Shown here: piece after piece, positions 1 to 12,032 of the stretch
Layout: every line of letters starts with the position of its first letter
Numbering within the stretch: position 1 is the first letter of the stretch
Assembly: GCA_032718475.1 (NCBI GenBank)
Contig: JAUCBJ010001657.1
Location: 1-42,267 of the forward strand
Reading direction: 5' to 3'
DNA: 42,267 bases
Source of the DNA: Nemertoderma westbladi
Taxonomy: Eukaryota > Animalia > Xenacoelomorpha
The notes under the pieces: generated by a model
What the model saw: the letters and a program-made list of their open reading frames with translations, nothing else
Told to the model about the DNA's origin: nothing
Database searches by the model: none
Made by a program: the position numbers and the translations under genes

Positions 1-1
1 A

Positions 2-601
2 ATGGACTGTTCCACCGGGTACAGGCAGTGTAGTGCTATGTAAAGGGAATTTAGAGTTAAGCTCTGGAAGTGCAGGGGTCTCTAGCACATAAGTGACTTT
101 GGGAACCACAGGCCTAATTATTTCAGGTTCATCGACTATAGTAGGGAGTCTTTTGACCTGGATAAATTGTTCTATGGGTTCTGCACTACCTAAGTCTGTG
201 CTAGTTAGCTGTCTTTTAACAGCTGGGGGCAAATCAGGCAATTTACGACGGTAATATGTTTTTCTACGCCTACTTAGATGAGATCTATTTCCTCCGCCTT
301 CAGGATCTGTAGTATCGCCTTCCTCCGAGGATGTGTATCCTTGGCGCTTGGGAGTAGATTTTCTCATCATCTGCATTTGATTAGCAGTAAACTGTTTATT
401 TATACTGTCTTGCGTCTCTTGCAGCTTTTCCAACTCCAGTTGGGTAGTCGCCTCAGACGCTCTCCGTTCTGCTTCTGCCACTGTTGCCTTTCTTTCGGCT
501 TCTGCTTTCGCCGCCGCTGCTGCTGCTACCTTTCTTTCGGCTTCTGCTTCTGCCGCCGCTGCTGCTGATACCTTTCTTCTCTCTATCAGTTCTTTCTTTA
601 C
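2..601 (-). pseudogene. In-frame continuation of the 602-1744 ORF past a single TAA, running off the window
   Basis: Manual translation: ...RVQEE*VKKELIERRKVSAAAAAEAEAERKVAAAAAAKAEAERK...LPVPGGTVH. The same frame stays open for 200 codons to the window edge. Confidence 0.7.
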
Positions 602-1744
602 TTATTCTTCTTGAACTCTAATGAGGCGGAGTTTTTCATCACATTCAGCTTGGTTTGCAGCTAACATTTCGGCATCGATTGAGTCCAATATAAGCTTGGT
701 TCCTTCACTATTAGGGGAAAGTCCATGCAGCCGTCTCCTCAACTCTTCGTCTCCTAGGAATCGCTGATAGTCGGACAAATAAATGTCGATAGCGTCTCTA
801 GTTCGCGGTTTCTCGGTGGCCTCTTCGCTTTCCGCTTGAGAAAGGGTGACATCAATTTGTTCTTCACAAGTTGATCTCTCAGCCAGCTGGGATTTCCACG
901 TGGCCGTTTCCTCTACTTTGAGATCTACCCGATGTAACCAAGTTTTGACAGCAACCTGCAGCGACGTGTCCTGTCTTCTTTTGGAAGTTTCCTCAAAGGC
1001 TGAGAGGATTAGTCGAATGCGTAGGGTTCTTTCACGTACTTGGTATAGCAGCTCTTCCTGCTCTTGAGGTCCTTGAAGTTGTCGAAACAGTTGTTCTTCC
1101 AAGCGCTCCAAGGAGCCGAAGAATCCCTGCATATATCCTGCTGCCGACCTCTTCCAAACAGCTGGATCCATTGTATCTTTTGCCACTCCCATCCTGTGTA
1201 TTTCTTCCCAAGTTGCCTCGGACAGGTCCAACGGGAGTCCGAGTCCGGGAAAGTTCCATTGTGATTCAACAATAGATCTCAATTCTTCTCTGGCGTATCC
1301 CGCGTAATTATCTTGGGTCGCTCGCTTATTCTTCGCCCAGTCGGCTTGATGTTCCTCCACCGCATTGAATATAGTAGTTAGCACTGTAGCAGGAAGAGTA
1401 AGAAGGGGGTCCGAGTAGACTGTATCAGCCGTCTGCACTTCATGTTCGGGAGTCAGCTCTACAGTATCCGAACTGCTGGAGCTATCGGGTCGCTGGGGAG
1501 TAGGTTCTTGCCCAAGATGTTGCTGCGATAGGACAACTGCCTCTTGGTCCCGTTTTACCTGTGCCCGAGTGCCTATGATGGACCTATGGTGGACTAGCCT
1601 AGGGTCTGATACTACTGGAGGGATGACCTTTTTTACAGTAGGAGGTGAGCTGAACTTCTCTCTTATTCGCTCCACACTCCTATCTGAATCACAGATAGTG
1701 GTCTCGATCAGACTGTCCGACAGGTTTTGCTGAGTGTCCGACAT
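602..1744 (-). CDS. Gag-like / ORF1-like protein of a putative retroelement (N-terminal 380 aa before a premature stop)
   Basis: 380-aa intronless ORF with ATG in AAACATG context. It has a disordered S/P/T-rich N-terminus followed by charged helical/coiled-coil sequence. No diagnostic motif was recognised; the Gag assignment is inferred from composition and context. Confidence 0.5.
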   Translation of the reverse strand: MSDTQQNLSDSLIETTICDSDRSVERIREKFSSPPTVKKVIPPVVSDPRLVHHRSIIGTRAQVKRDQEAVVLSQQHLGQEPTPQRPDSSSSSDTVELTPEHEVQTADTVYSDPLLTLPATVLTTIFNAVEEHQADWAKNKRATQDNYAGYAREELRSIVESQWNFPGLGLPLDLSEATWEEIHRMGVAKDTMDPAVWKRSAAGYMQGFFGSLERLEEQLFRQLQGPQEQEELLYQVRERTLRIRLILSAFEETSKRRQDTSLQVAVKTWLHRVDLKVEETATWKSQLAERSTCEEQIDVTLSQAESEEATEKPRTRDAIDIYLSDYQRFLGDEELRRRLHGLSPNSEGTKLILDSIDAEMLAANQAECDEKLRLIRVQEE

Positions 1745-1879
1745 GTTTAGTTATACAGTTGAATGCCTACTACTATAGTTTCAGTTAAAGCAAGTCTGGT
1801 AATTCAGTATGTCCGCAAGCCTAGCGATTTATTACCGGTACCGTTACTCAGTGGAACGTGATATATATACAATATATTA

Positions 1880-2118
1880 GAGTACCGGTATGCTTATAAT
1901 ATATAAGTGTTATTACAGACTCGATTTGTCACAGATTACCGGTATAATTTTAGCACAAATATATATGTATATAGTAGGCCTATAATGAATACTGGTATAC
2001 AGCTTACACTTATAGTATATAAGTATAATTCTGGACTAGAATTAATTACAGAGTACCGGTATGATTTCAGCTCCAATTTATAGAAATAAATATAATAAGC
2101 CTATTGTAAGTACCGGTA
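1880..2118. repeat. Diverged ~117-bp tandem duplication with TACCGGTA motifs
   Basis: acagattaccggtataattttagc...gcctat (from ~1931) recurs as acagagtaccggtatgatttcagc...gcctat (from ~2048). Confidence 0.55.
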
Positions 2119-3060
2119 TGTCAATTATTTTTAAAATAATTGAATTTCTGAATATTTTAGGGTTACTTAGTTACTTTAACTTACTTTATTACCGTTATTT
2201 AAGCAGTAGTCCAACTGACAGTGAGACCTAGTTGTTGTATGGCAGGCCTACTATTTATAAATCGTTTGAGTTGATTTATAATAGATATATACCCGTTTAA
2301 AAAGGGGTTTTGACAATATTTGAAATAAATGTTATTATTTCTGGGGGTCACTACACAGAAGCTGAACGCTCTCAGTGAAGTGCTATTTATTTGACACTAA
2401 AACTGATAATTCTAATTTACTTAAGTTACTTAATACTACGTATTACTTACGATACGGGTGAGATCAATTCTCTAATTAAACACAACAAAATATTACGTAC
2501 GAAATTTTTAGGGTAATTTTACAGGAAGTCTACAAACCAGTCCAACAAAGGGTTAGATTTCTGGCTATTACAAAGGACAGGGTACTACGGTATTTAAATA
2601 ATAAGTAGTAGTAAATATATTGTACTGTCCAGATAGGAAAATACCACCGCCTGACGACCTATAACCGTATCGCTATAGGTACAACGTTATGTATCACGGA
2701 TTGTTCCTACCCAGAAGTTAATAGAGCTAACGAATGTGCCTATCAACCACTTTACAACACAAATATACTGCCTACACTAATTACTTCGGAAGGCACTGTA
2801 CTCTAAACCCTAAATTAGGTACAAGTACCGGTATAACAAATAATCAGTAGTTAAATATACTTGAACAGTTAAAAGAACCACGGCATCTGCTGGAGTGACC
2901 GAAGCACAAAGTCGTCAGTCTTTACCTACGCCAAGCAGCCCTGATGTAGTACCAGGGTTAGTTTAACTATAACGGTATGTATAACAAGCACAATTACTGT
3001 AGGAATAAACTTGGGGACATGAATGTTGCGAATAATCGCATAAACTCTGAATAATAAATA

Positions 3061-3630
3061 TTACGCTACCCGTACAGAATACTCAAACAAATACAAACCA
3101 AAACGCTGGCAGACTACTATTAAGCCTAAACAAACTACTGTATGTGCAGATTCTGAAACTGTTAGTTAGTATGCGTGCTAACACGGTAGTACGACTTACT
3201 CTTTAAGAGGGGATTGACCTTACAGTGTTGACTGCCCCAACTTACTAACGGCACTTGATCAGACCAACTCTACACACGCAGCAATCCCTTCAGACCCAAA
3301 AATAGCTAGACAACAATCCAGCCTACAAATATTTGAGTAATAACTATTACGGTACCTGAACAGACCACACAAACAAACACAGGCTAAAACACTGGCAGAC
3401 TACGATCAAGCCTAAATAAACTACGGTATATGCAGACTCTGAAACTGTTAGTTAGTATGCGTGCTAACACGGTAGTACGACTTATTCTTTAAGAGGGGAT
3501 TGACCTTACCGCTTATGGCTGCCCCAACTTACTAACGGCACTTTATCAGACAAACTCTACACACGCCGCAATCTCTCCAAACCCAACCACAGTCAGACAG
3601 CAGCTCAGCCTACAATTATCTGAACAATCT
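3061..3630. repeat. ~286-bp tandem duplication (2 copies)
   Basis: tctgaaactgttagttagtatgcgtgctaacacggtagtacgactta occurs at ~3152 and ~3438, with similarity extending on both sides. Confidence 0.9.
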
Positions 3631-3876
3631 GAGCAGGGTCACACGCCTTCTGCTCAATATTAGCCTACTAGTAAATAAAACTGACAGAAATAGACCTAAG
3701 TAAAATCCCAATAAAAACCAGGCGTCCCCGATTTAATATCGAGACCTACCGGTATACAATAATCAAAATCGAATAATACTAATGTACTTGTACAGCAGTA
3801 CCGGTACCGGTGATGACAGTTAGGCCTACTGACCTACAGAAGCACCGGTTCAGTTTTACCAGTCACTACGGTATTT

Positions 3877-4075
3877 TGCAACCTTATTGCCTACTGCAAT
3901 AAGATTGTAAACCGTTACTGTTCTCCAGAACAGTATTAAACTGTATTTAATGCCTACACTTGCAACCTTATTGCCTACTGCAATAAGATTAATTATAAAC
4001 TGTTACTGTTCGACAGAACAGTATTAAACTGTATTTAATGCTTACACTGCAATAGAAATAAACTGTTACTGTTCG
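3877..4075. repeat. ~85-bp tandem duplication (2 copies plus a partial third)
   Basis: ttgcaaccttattgcctactgcaataagatt...cagaacagtattaaactgtatttaatgc at 3877 and 3960. Confidence 0.9.
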
Positions 4076-6684
4076 CGCTTTCGAAGACCTTTAGCAGTTT
4101 AACCTGCCAAAATTTATATGTCTTTTAGTTAATTAAAACCACTTTAGCATACGACAATAATTTATGCTAATACGCAAAACATTAGCCGAAGTCAGCCCAT
4201 GCGCGATCATTCACCCGATGGATCTACACCCGGGAGACTGAATTCGGATGCTTGAATTGTATTATTACAGTGTAAGGTTGCAGTGTATACCTAATGTATT
4301 ATTCGATAGATCGTTAATAATTAATCTCTGACAGATATTATTGGCTTTCGGGAAATATTAACAGTTCCTTTAGGACGTGGCGCTTTATCTATTTAAACAG
4401 AACTAAGACTTATACTAAAACGCAACGATACTGCTTATGATTAAAGTATAAAGCGTATTCTTTAGGAAATACTTTGTTACCAATCACAATCATACACACT
4501 ATTCTGCCGACAGTCAGTATATTTGATCACACATAAAGAGAGCAGTAATTGACTCACGTAGGGTCTGCTAAATAACATTGGATTCAATACACACCACATT
4601 AATATAAATCGCAATTGTTATGTATAGCCGGTCTCTCTAACCTGTAGTGTTATCAAGAAAATTGGGAATTGGGTGATTTATCCGTATTATCCAAATAGCA
4701 ATATTTCCATCAACAAATATTTACAATTAATAACTGACGGTAAAATAACAGTACAAACAATATGATTAATGAGTTAGGTAACAGTTTATACTTTCGATAA
4801 TTCAAGCAGTTTACGGTACAGCAGTATCTATCCAAAAATGCCGGTGTTTCTGGCTTAGACAGCAATAACAACAAAGTATCAAGAAAAAACAGTAAGACTG
4901 AACACTCTCCTTATGATCGGCAGGAAAGCTACACGTCGACAGGAAAAACCGCCCTGATTGGCCCAAGCCAAACAAAGAACCACGCGTCCAATGGCTGTTT
5001 CCATGTCAGCAACCAGCTGCTAGATGTCGTAATATGAATCATCACGGCTAAGCTGTGAAAGGTGGTTGGTGCATTACAAGTTTTTTGTCTTACCATGTCC
5101 GCTAAAACACGTATATAGCAGAATGATTTTTATGTCCGTTAAAACACCTGTAAAGGTACCTTGCGGGCGAGGGGAATATATATACAGTTAGGAAACCCTT
5201 TTTAGAGTATTCCAGCGCCTGGGGGGGAACTGGCCAGCAAAGGCAAACGTATCAGTTATCCCACAAAAGCTTTTACAAGGCCATATTTTATATTTTGATA
5301 TTATAAAGGGGCCACTGTTAATAAATTTAAAGTAATTAACTGTAGATTATGAACTCAATCTAACATGGGTGTATTTTCCTGGGAAGGCCATTTAATATAT
5401 TTGTTTTAGGTTTTAGGGCCATTTCATATCTCTGTATTTCCAATTCAGGGCATATTCTAAGGAAATCTTGATATCGCACTTCACTTGGGATTTCACTTCA
5501 CGATGGGCACTTCAGTGGATGTAGACCTATAGTTTTTATTATATGATACAATAACTGTTGTTAACAATGGTGGGACTGGGAAGTATTGGGGGGAGGGGGG
5601 GGGGGGGGGGGGGGAGTAACATCGTGCCCGTGTGTGTCTGAGTCTGTATTCACAGAAATACTCAATATTCAAATCCCTTAACTTTTCCTAGAATTAACAT
5701 ACGTTTTTAATGACTAAATCTGAAACATTTTGAAATCTTAAACTATATTTGAAAGTTATTTTTTGTGGTACTAATTATCGTCTGGTGTGTTTAAAAATGG
5801 CCAAACCAAATAATTAAAAAATAGGCCACAAAATGGCACTCTGCTGTGGCCAAAAGTGCCTTTTTGTGCAAAAGGTATTCTGAACAAGTGTCAACATTTC
5901 TGAACAAATTTCAAATCATTCCAGCAAAAATCGGCGGAGAAATAGCCGATTTCATGACAAAATATAATTCTTAGTTAAAGGTGTTTAATATGTCGCTTCA
6001 TTTCTAAATTTAATATGTAGTCTGCGAAAATAACAATATTACGATCCATCGGTATTGTCTTATTTGCTTACATTTCATAATATCGATCTTACGATTTATA
6101 TTTTCATTAACTTTTTTTATTTTCTGAATTTATTTACTATTTCTCACTGAAAGTGGACATGTTTATTGAATTTTAATAGCAGCAAAATGTCCTACTTTAG
6201 ACCATGTACTTAAAAGGCCATTAAAAAGGATATGGCCCCTACAAAACAATGCCCCCTGTCCTAAAGACCTGTTTACACGTGGCAACTTTTAGAGCACCTT
6301 TCTCGGCAACAAGCAATGTGTTTGGAGCAATTTAATTTAATCGCTGTTTAATGTTTACACGTGGCAACTTTACCAGCAACTTCACCAGCAACGTGGCCGG
6401 AAACTTTTATAGCAACTTGGCTATTTTGACTGTAAAATAGTGGGTACTGTTTCAGTATGCATACACCACTCACCAAATTATATATACTAGCTAGTTTTTG
6501 ATAATTTCTTTTTTTTGAAATTTAACCATTTTATTTTGAAAAATTAATATTCTAGAACAAATATTTTTTTAGACAAAGGCCTGGTTAGTATTTAAAAAGA
6601 ACGGGATGGATATAATACGTATATAAAATGAATAAAATAACTTTTTAGGCCGCGTTCACACTACCGTGTCAAAGTCAAAGTTAA

Positions 6685-8356
6685 CCCTATTAAACCTGGG
6701 GTGGAGGGGGCTAATATGACCCCCCCCCCGTGGTTTTTTTATTATAATTCTGAAACAAACGCAGTTGGGAATCTGAAATTTTATGACTTTTCCTAAAAAT
6801 CTATTGTATTCCTAGTAGTGAAAACCGTTTTCAGAAATATTGGGTAGTTTTCGAGTTATAGCACCATTTTTTAACCCTACTTTTGGCACTTTTTTTGAAA
6901 CGTTTTTTGAAAATTACATTTCATTAAATATGAATTGTAACATCTCTATTTTTTATTTACACCGGTTATTTGGTCTTAGCAATTGCATGGAATTCATATA
7001 AATTGATTTAGAAATTTCAAACTTGTTTTTTTCTGCGGGTGCCAAATTTTGGTACCAGCACCAAATTTTGAAATATGTCAATTTTGTAAATTGATTGTTT
7101 GAAACTTGTTTTTTACGCAATTGGGGTTTTTTGCGGTTCTGGTTTCGATTAAATATATACGAGTTGCACCAAGCGTATCAAACTTGTATTTTTCGGTGCT
7201 GTGTGTAAATTTTGGTGCTAGCACGAAATTTTGAAAATCCATTCAATAGATAAAATTGCTTGTGACAATTTATTTCTTGCATTTTAGAGGTTTATGGCTG
7301 TTCTGAATTCAATGGAATATATATTTATCGAACTAGACATCTCAAACTTGTATTTTTCGGAAGTGGGTGCAAAATGTGGTGCTAGCACCAAATTTTGAAA
7401 ACCATCAAATATATCAATTGATTGTGCCATCTTGTTTCTTGCGTTATACGGGTTTGTTAGGGTTCTGAATTCACTGGAAACAGTAAAAATTTCATAAGAG
7501 TTTTCAAACTTGTATTTTTCGCCGGTGGGTGAAAATTGTTGTGCCAGCACCAAATTTTGGAAAATGAGTAAATTGATCAGTAGATAGTATCATCTTGTTT
7601 CTTGCGTTATACGGGTTTGTTAGGGTTCTGAATTCACTGGAAACAGTAAAAATTTCATAAGAGTTTTCAAACTTGTATTTTTCGCCGGTGGGTGAAAATT
7701 GTTGTGCCAGCACCAAATTTTGGAAAATGAGTAAATTGATCAGTAGATAGTATCATCTTGTTTCTTGCGTTATACGGGTTTATGAGGGTCCTGAATCCGA
7801 TGAATCAATAAAAACAGCACTGGACATCGCAAACTTGTACTTTTTGGTGATGGGTACGAAATTTGGTGCTAGCACCAAAATTTGTCAAATTACGCCGAAA
7901 AATACAAGTAGCAATGATCTGGCATATTTGAAATGTATTCCATTAGAATCAGCGCCCTAGAAAACCTGAAAATGTGAATTTATAGCATCATATAAGTGAA
8001 TTAAAAATTTTGTGTTCTAACTGAAAAGTGCTGGTTACTTGTTTTTTCATTTTTTTCCTACGCAGAGAGGACTAAACAGCCATTTATGGTAATCATATCA
8101 TTTTTAAATATTTTCCAATGTATTATTGCGCCCCAGAAAACCTATTTTGAAAAACAATTAGCCGAAAAATGTAACTTTCAAATTTTGTGAAAATTGTGCA
8201 CTACTTGTAATTTTGGTGCTGCAATATTACCACCCCAGTAAATTCAGACGTTTTCGTTAATATTTGTAGATTTTAGAGGGAGGGGTCAATATGACCCCCC
8301 CCCCCCCCCCCCCCCCCGGTATTTGTACAGCATTTTATAGCCCGGTACTAATAGGG
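6685..8356. mobile_element. Non-autonomous piggyBac-like element
   Basis: Left end TTAA|CCCTATTA and right end TAATAGGG|TTTT (right TSD imperfect). A subterminal AATATGACCCCCCCC motif occurs near both ends (~6714, ~8288). No transposase ORF. Confidence 0.65.
7015..7990. repeat. ~163-bp internal tandem repeat (~5.5 copies plus an inverted partial copy)
   Basis: The aaacttgtatttttc anchor recurs at ~7019, 7179, 7344, 7506, 7669 and 7831. 7429-7591 is almost exactly repeated at 7592-7754. The monomer contains the palindrome TTTGGTGCTAGCACCAAA. Confidence 0.9.
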
Positions 8357-8869
8357 TTTTAAAAGACAAAATGTAAAACATATCACATGAAATTAATTTT
8401 TTCTAGAATGCACTTATGTATTATATTAGGCCTATATAATGTATTATTATTTATTATTGCTAGCTAGCTATATTTATTTTCTTTTGAATTTGACCTTGAC
8501 TTTGACTCGGTAGTGTAAACGCGGTCTTAAAATTTTTGAAATTTTTCAATTAAATTATCATGATATCTAGTAAAATTTATGGTAGCTAATAAATAATAAA
8601 AGCAATGATTAAAGTAATTTCAACAAGAAATTTTTTTTTTAATTTTAAATTTTTATTGTTGTTGTTTATTATTTGTTGTTTTATTGTTGTTTTTCAAAAT
8701 TTCTAGCTACAATCTTACTGTCAAAATGTTAAATGTTCTAGAATAAAAACCTCATGATAAAAGCTATTTTTCAAAAGAAAAAATTGGACTTCTGGATGTC
8801 TCTCACAAAAAAACCGCTTTATCTAATACTGTTTAATTTAATTTGAATATATTTATAAAAACCTTTAAA

Positions 8870-9285
8870 AAGGATTGTCCCATGCAATACAATATTCCAT
8901 TGGAGCCACTAAAATTCAAAATGACCTCTATTGGACACTGTTCATAAAGGGCCACCAAAAAATGAAATGGCTCTTACAAGACATTGTCCATTAGAGCCAC
9001 TTAAATATGAAATATATTTCATATATATTAGGCAATTTTCCCTTAAAGCCATTCAAATCTGAAATGGCCCATATTGGATAGTGTCGCTTGGAGCCACTCA
9101 ACTATAATGTGGCCCGATATTAGCCAATTTGTATCAAACGCCTTTGAAAAGGCAATGGCCCATGCAAGACCATGTTCCATTTGAGCCAAAAGTTCGAAAT
9201 GGCCTTAATTAGTCACTGTTCATAAAGGGCCACTAAAAAATATAATGGTTCTTACAAGACAATGTCCCCTTGGAGCCACCCAAAT
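8870..9285. repeat. Degenerate ~45-bp minisatellite
   Basis: The gccac/gccat anchor recurs at ~8906, 8951, 8996, 9048, 9093, 9185, 9230 and 9275. Related GGCCAT-rich remnants lie at ~5280-5450, 6210-6260 and 12400-12555. Confidence 0.7.
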
Positions 9286-9343
9286 GACAAATATTATTTA
9301 GATTATCTAAAAATAAAAAAAATAAAATGTTTGTTACAATATG

Positions 9344-10085
9344 TTTTGTTACATTATGTCAACTTAACAGCGTTCTGGTGAATTACTCATAACGCTGCAA
9401 AGTACTACTTTGCAGCGTTGCGGCCTATAGGACGGAACGTTGCAAAGTAATCAATGACATGGAAACAACTTCAATTACCGTATTCCAGAATGTATTATTT
9501 CCATTTATGTTAATGATTGCAGCTTTATTATCCAATTTGCAGTGACGGGACTAGCTACTGGATGTAAATAATTGTTTAACATGTACTGTAATCCATTATG
9601 GCGAAACGTCCAATAGAAGACACTAAATTAACCAAAGAAAGTGACGACAGTGTTCAGTAAAACTGAACGGACACAGACGGTGAATAAGTTTGCTTCAGTC
9701 GACTATAGTCAAGATGGATTAATGATTTATCACATCCAAGCAGGAGATAACTTCCAATAAACTTTAATTAGATTTAAATGTATAATTAATACTGTGTACC
9801 AGTGTACCTGTTAATAAATTTCACTTATATTCGATATAGTACATGATTAAAATGTATAAATGAGCAACCATAAAATCCTTTCTTCACAAACCGAACGCTG
9901 ATAAGTTGACATAATGTAACAAAATTACATACATCATTGCTTGCAAAGGTCACTTTTCAGCGTTAAAGACCCTTGTTTATTGATGTAAACCTCCCTCGCT
10001 GCGCTCGCTCGGTACATAAATAAACTCGGGTCATAACGCTGCAAAGTGCTACTTTGCACACAATGATGTAAATAGTTATTAGATT
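9344..10085. mobile_element. Unclassified non-autonomous element with inverted repeats and hairpins
   Basis: 32-bp inverted repeat at 9344-9375 / 9893-9924 with one mismatch. The direct repeat tcataacgctgcaaagt-ctactttgca (itself a hairpin) occurs at ~9388 and 10031. Confidence 0.5.
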
Positions 10086-10555
10086 TAATTAATACGGGAT
10101 AAAATTCACATTATATTTAATAGGCCTATAGATAATTGTTACATTAGGGTAAGAGGCAAAACGTCTACATTTATGTCTCCAATATATGAATTACTGGTGG
10201 GGGATGGAATTCGTAGGGGTCGTAAGATGTATTTAGGCTAGTCTATAAACTAATCCCCCACCAATGACAAAATGTTAATAATGAAGTGTATAGTACGCGA
10301 AATAGTGATAAGTTATCCTTCCTAGAGGTACCGAACGGTCATACATTATTTCTTAAAAAAGCACAAATTTTAATCGCTTGTCAGTGAGAATTTATTAAAA
10401 CCTGTTGTTATTTACAGTATTGTTATTTACAATTTAACATATTTTGTTTGCACAAGTTTCGATCTTCAAACGGCTGAGACATCCAAATAGTGGCGCAAAT
10501 TGACCATTAGTGAAAAGGTATTGTTTATTGTTTTGGGTAGAAAACACCGCCACTA

Positions 10556-12032
10556 CAGTCCCAATCCCAATAAACATTAACTTGGTCGTTTTGGCGGCCA
10601 AAATGACCAAAATCGCCAAAAAAATTTAGTGTATTCCTATGGGCTACTTGGTCGTTTTGGCGAAGCGATTTAACTCGACTCAGTCAAGTCCAGACAGCCC
10701 GTCTCCTTGGACATCCATTTGGTTGCTCTGACTAAATGTCGGCTCGCTTTCATTTTTATTATTGACAGATTGTTAACTTACCTGGAGCTGAGTCGGGCCT
10801 TTCAGTTGTAGTAAAGACCACCCACTGAGGCATTGATACAGCACAGGCTAATACGTAATAAGGGAGTTAGTAGGATGCGGCTTTGTTAAAAGGAGGACTG
10901 GAGGAGTATGTATAATAATCAGATTTTGTGTGTTATTATTAGATAATCACTTCTCACCTTTTCCTTTGTGTAGCTTCAGTTTAGAGTCATTATGAAATGG
11001 CAACGTGTTCTGTATGAAGGCGTCCTAATTATAGTTTTATAGCTAGAAGCTGGGACTGTGACAGGGCGGGAGGTAGCTATTAAATAGCGACACTCAGTCT
11101 CGAACGAGTTCGGTATACTGATGAAATTCAGATTAGACGGCGCGGCCTATTTCTAGTAGCTAGGTCTGAATTCGAGGGCGATATTAACTGAAAACATTAT
11201 AATATCTGGCTCTGTGCTAACAGTCAACAGAGTCGGCATATTTGGTGAATTTATGATGATGTAATTATTATTTATAGAGACAGGGGGGGGGGGGGGACTG
11301 GACGCAAAACTCGCCTTGGCGAATTAATATCCCGCCTCAATGTTAAATTGTTAGGTTATAGGGAGCAGGTTATAGTGGCACGTTATTTTAACCAAAACAA
11401 TAAATTAAACATAAATGAACATTACAGTTTTATTTTTGAGAGTAATCATCTGTTATTTGCGTCAAGTCCCCCCCCCTAACTGTATTTATGAGAGCATTTA
11501 TATTATAGCGTACTAAACAGCTAAATAAAGAAAAATCTATGTAAAGTTATTTTCTCATATTTTAAAGAATTTTTACAAATTAAATATATGAACTTGTTAT
11601 TTTTATTACCAATTGAATAGAATTAAAGTAAATAATTAATTATTACGCTGCAAGTGCTAGCACACTGCTTATAACCTAAGTGACAGGTAAAGGTGTGTTA
11701 ATTATTAGATTAGTAAAAAATATGTAGAAAATAATAAGTTAGGGCGCCTCACACTGCACTCTTACAGGCATGTTTACTACAGTGGCGAGCCCAGCCATTA
11801 CTACACTGGAGCCTTTCTCTCTACCTAAAGGTATAGAGAACTCTACCTCAGAACTCTACCTCAGCGCCAACATGCTGTGCTTTACTTACACTCAGCCTGT
11901 GTTCACTGGCTGTGATTGACAAGCCAATGTGCCTCAGCAGTTCCTTTCATGAATACCGCAGTTTTTACTTGGCCATTTTGGTAATTTTGGCCGCCAAAAT
12001 GACCAAGTTAATGTTTATTGGGATTGGGACTG
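10556..12032. mobile_element. Non-autonomous Tc1/mariner-superfamily element
   Basis: ~64-bp TIRs beginning CAGTCCCAATCCCAATAAACATTAACTTGGTC, flanked by TA at 10554-10555 and 12033-12034. No transposase ORF. Confidence 0.9.
11281..11482. mobile_element. Small MITE nested in the Tc1/mariner-like element
   Basis: Imperfect TIRs CAG(G)nACTGGACGCAAA / TTTGCGTCAAGT(C)nTAACTG; TA flank is present on the right only. Confidence 0.55.

Larger units (their letters stand above)
1..5176 (-). mobile_element. 5' portion of a putative retroelement (class uncertain, possibly DIRS-like)
   Basis: Long ORF preceded by a ~3.4-kb leader with internal duplications. Sequence character changes at about 5176, where the minus strand reads TATATATA|TTCCCCTCGCCCGCAAGG. 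No RT, LTR pair or PBS is visible, so the boundary and class are inferences. Confidence 0.3.
6648..8526. mobile_element. Non-autonomous PIF/Harbinger-like element (MITE) carrying a nested insertion
   Basis: ~32-bp imperfect TIRs (GGCCGCGTTCACACTACCGTGTCAAAGTCAAAG / CTTGACTTTGACTCGGTAGTGTAAACGCGGTC), flanked by TTA at 6645-6647 and 8527-8529. A 3-bp TWA TSD is typical of PIF/Harbinger. Confidence 0.8.

Noticed and set aside
278-568. Cys-rich 96-aa plus-strand ORF
   Set aside because: It is the antisense reading of the GCA/GAA (Ala/Glu) repeat in the minus-strand ORF continuation.
5588-5615. Poly-G tract as a functional G-quadruplex (also 8295-8317 and 11283-11297)
   Set aside because: These are simple homopolymer expansions, two of them within MITE ends, with no supporting context.
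6264-6420. Second Harbinger-like element starting TAA|AGACCTGTTTACACGTGGCAAC
   Set aside because: A left-end-like sequence is present (with an internal repeat at ~6352), but I found no matching right TIR.
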